A stretch of DNA of 6,030 nt. Origin: a virus. Taxonomy: Duplodnaviria > Heunggongvirae > Uroviricota > Caudoviricetes. The stretch is from the IMG/VR virus record IMGVR_UViG_2681813273_000006, one strand, 5' to 3'. Positions 5,961 to 6,030 of the stretch are shown in pieces; within the stretch, counting starts at the first letter, position 1; each line of letters opens with the position of its first letter. The position numbers were made by a program, and so were the translations under genes. The notes under the pieces were generated by a model that was not told the DNA's origin, did no database searches, and worked only from the letters and a program-made list of their open reading frames with translations.

Positions 5961-6030
5961 TTCCGATAGCACAGGTCTGTCGGGGGGGTGCCCCTATTAA
6001 GTTGTCAAGCATGTTATGACCCCTGCGGGG

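Noticed and set aside
5978-5995. G-run / C-run (CGGGGGGGTGCCCC) near the window end
   Set aside because: Too short and asymmetric to call a hairpin or terminator, and the window ends before any context is visible.
5314-6030. Shiga toxin or other toxin cargo downstream of the tRNAs, as in Stx phages
   Set aside because: No ORF of suitable size or with a signal-peptide-like N-terminus is present in the remaining 700 bp; the region is noncoding.

Overview
This window is a lambdoid (P22/phage-82/Stx-phage-like) prophage segment from an enterobacterial genome, all genes on the + strand. Gene order: DnaB-family replicative helicase, small helical protein, RusA Holliday-junction resolvase, Q antiterminator, late promoter plus short terminated transcript, ORF6N-domain gene, a four-tRNA cluster (Ile2-Arg-Thr-Gly), then about 600 bp of ORF-poor structured sequence ending in a strong intrinsic terminator. 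The window is not cleanly contiguous: an N-run (1648-1658) and a single N (2439) bracket a 780-bp block (1659-2438) that is a diverged paralogue of the small-ORF/rusA region, and 1215-1647 is repeated exactly at 2440-2872. This looks like a scaffold mis-join of two related prophage copies rather than real biology, so copy-number claims are tentative. No toxin, lysis or CRISPR element is visible. All protein family calls rest on recalled motifs, not on a database search.
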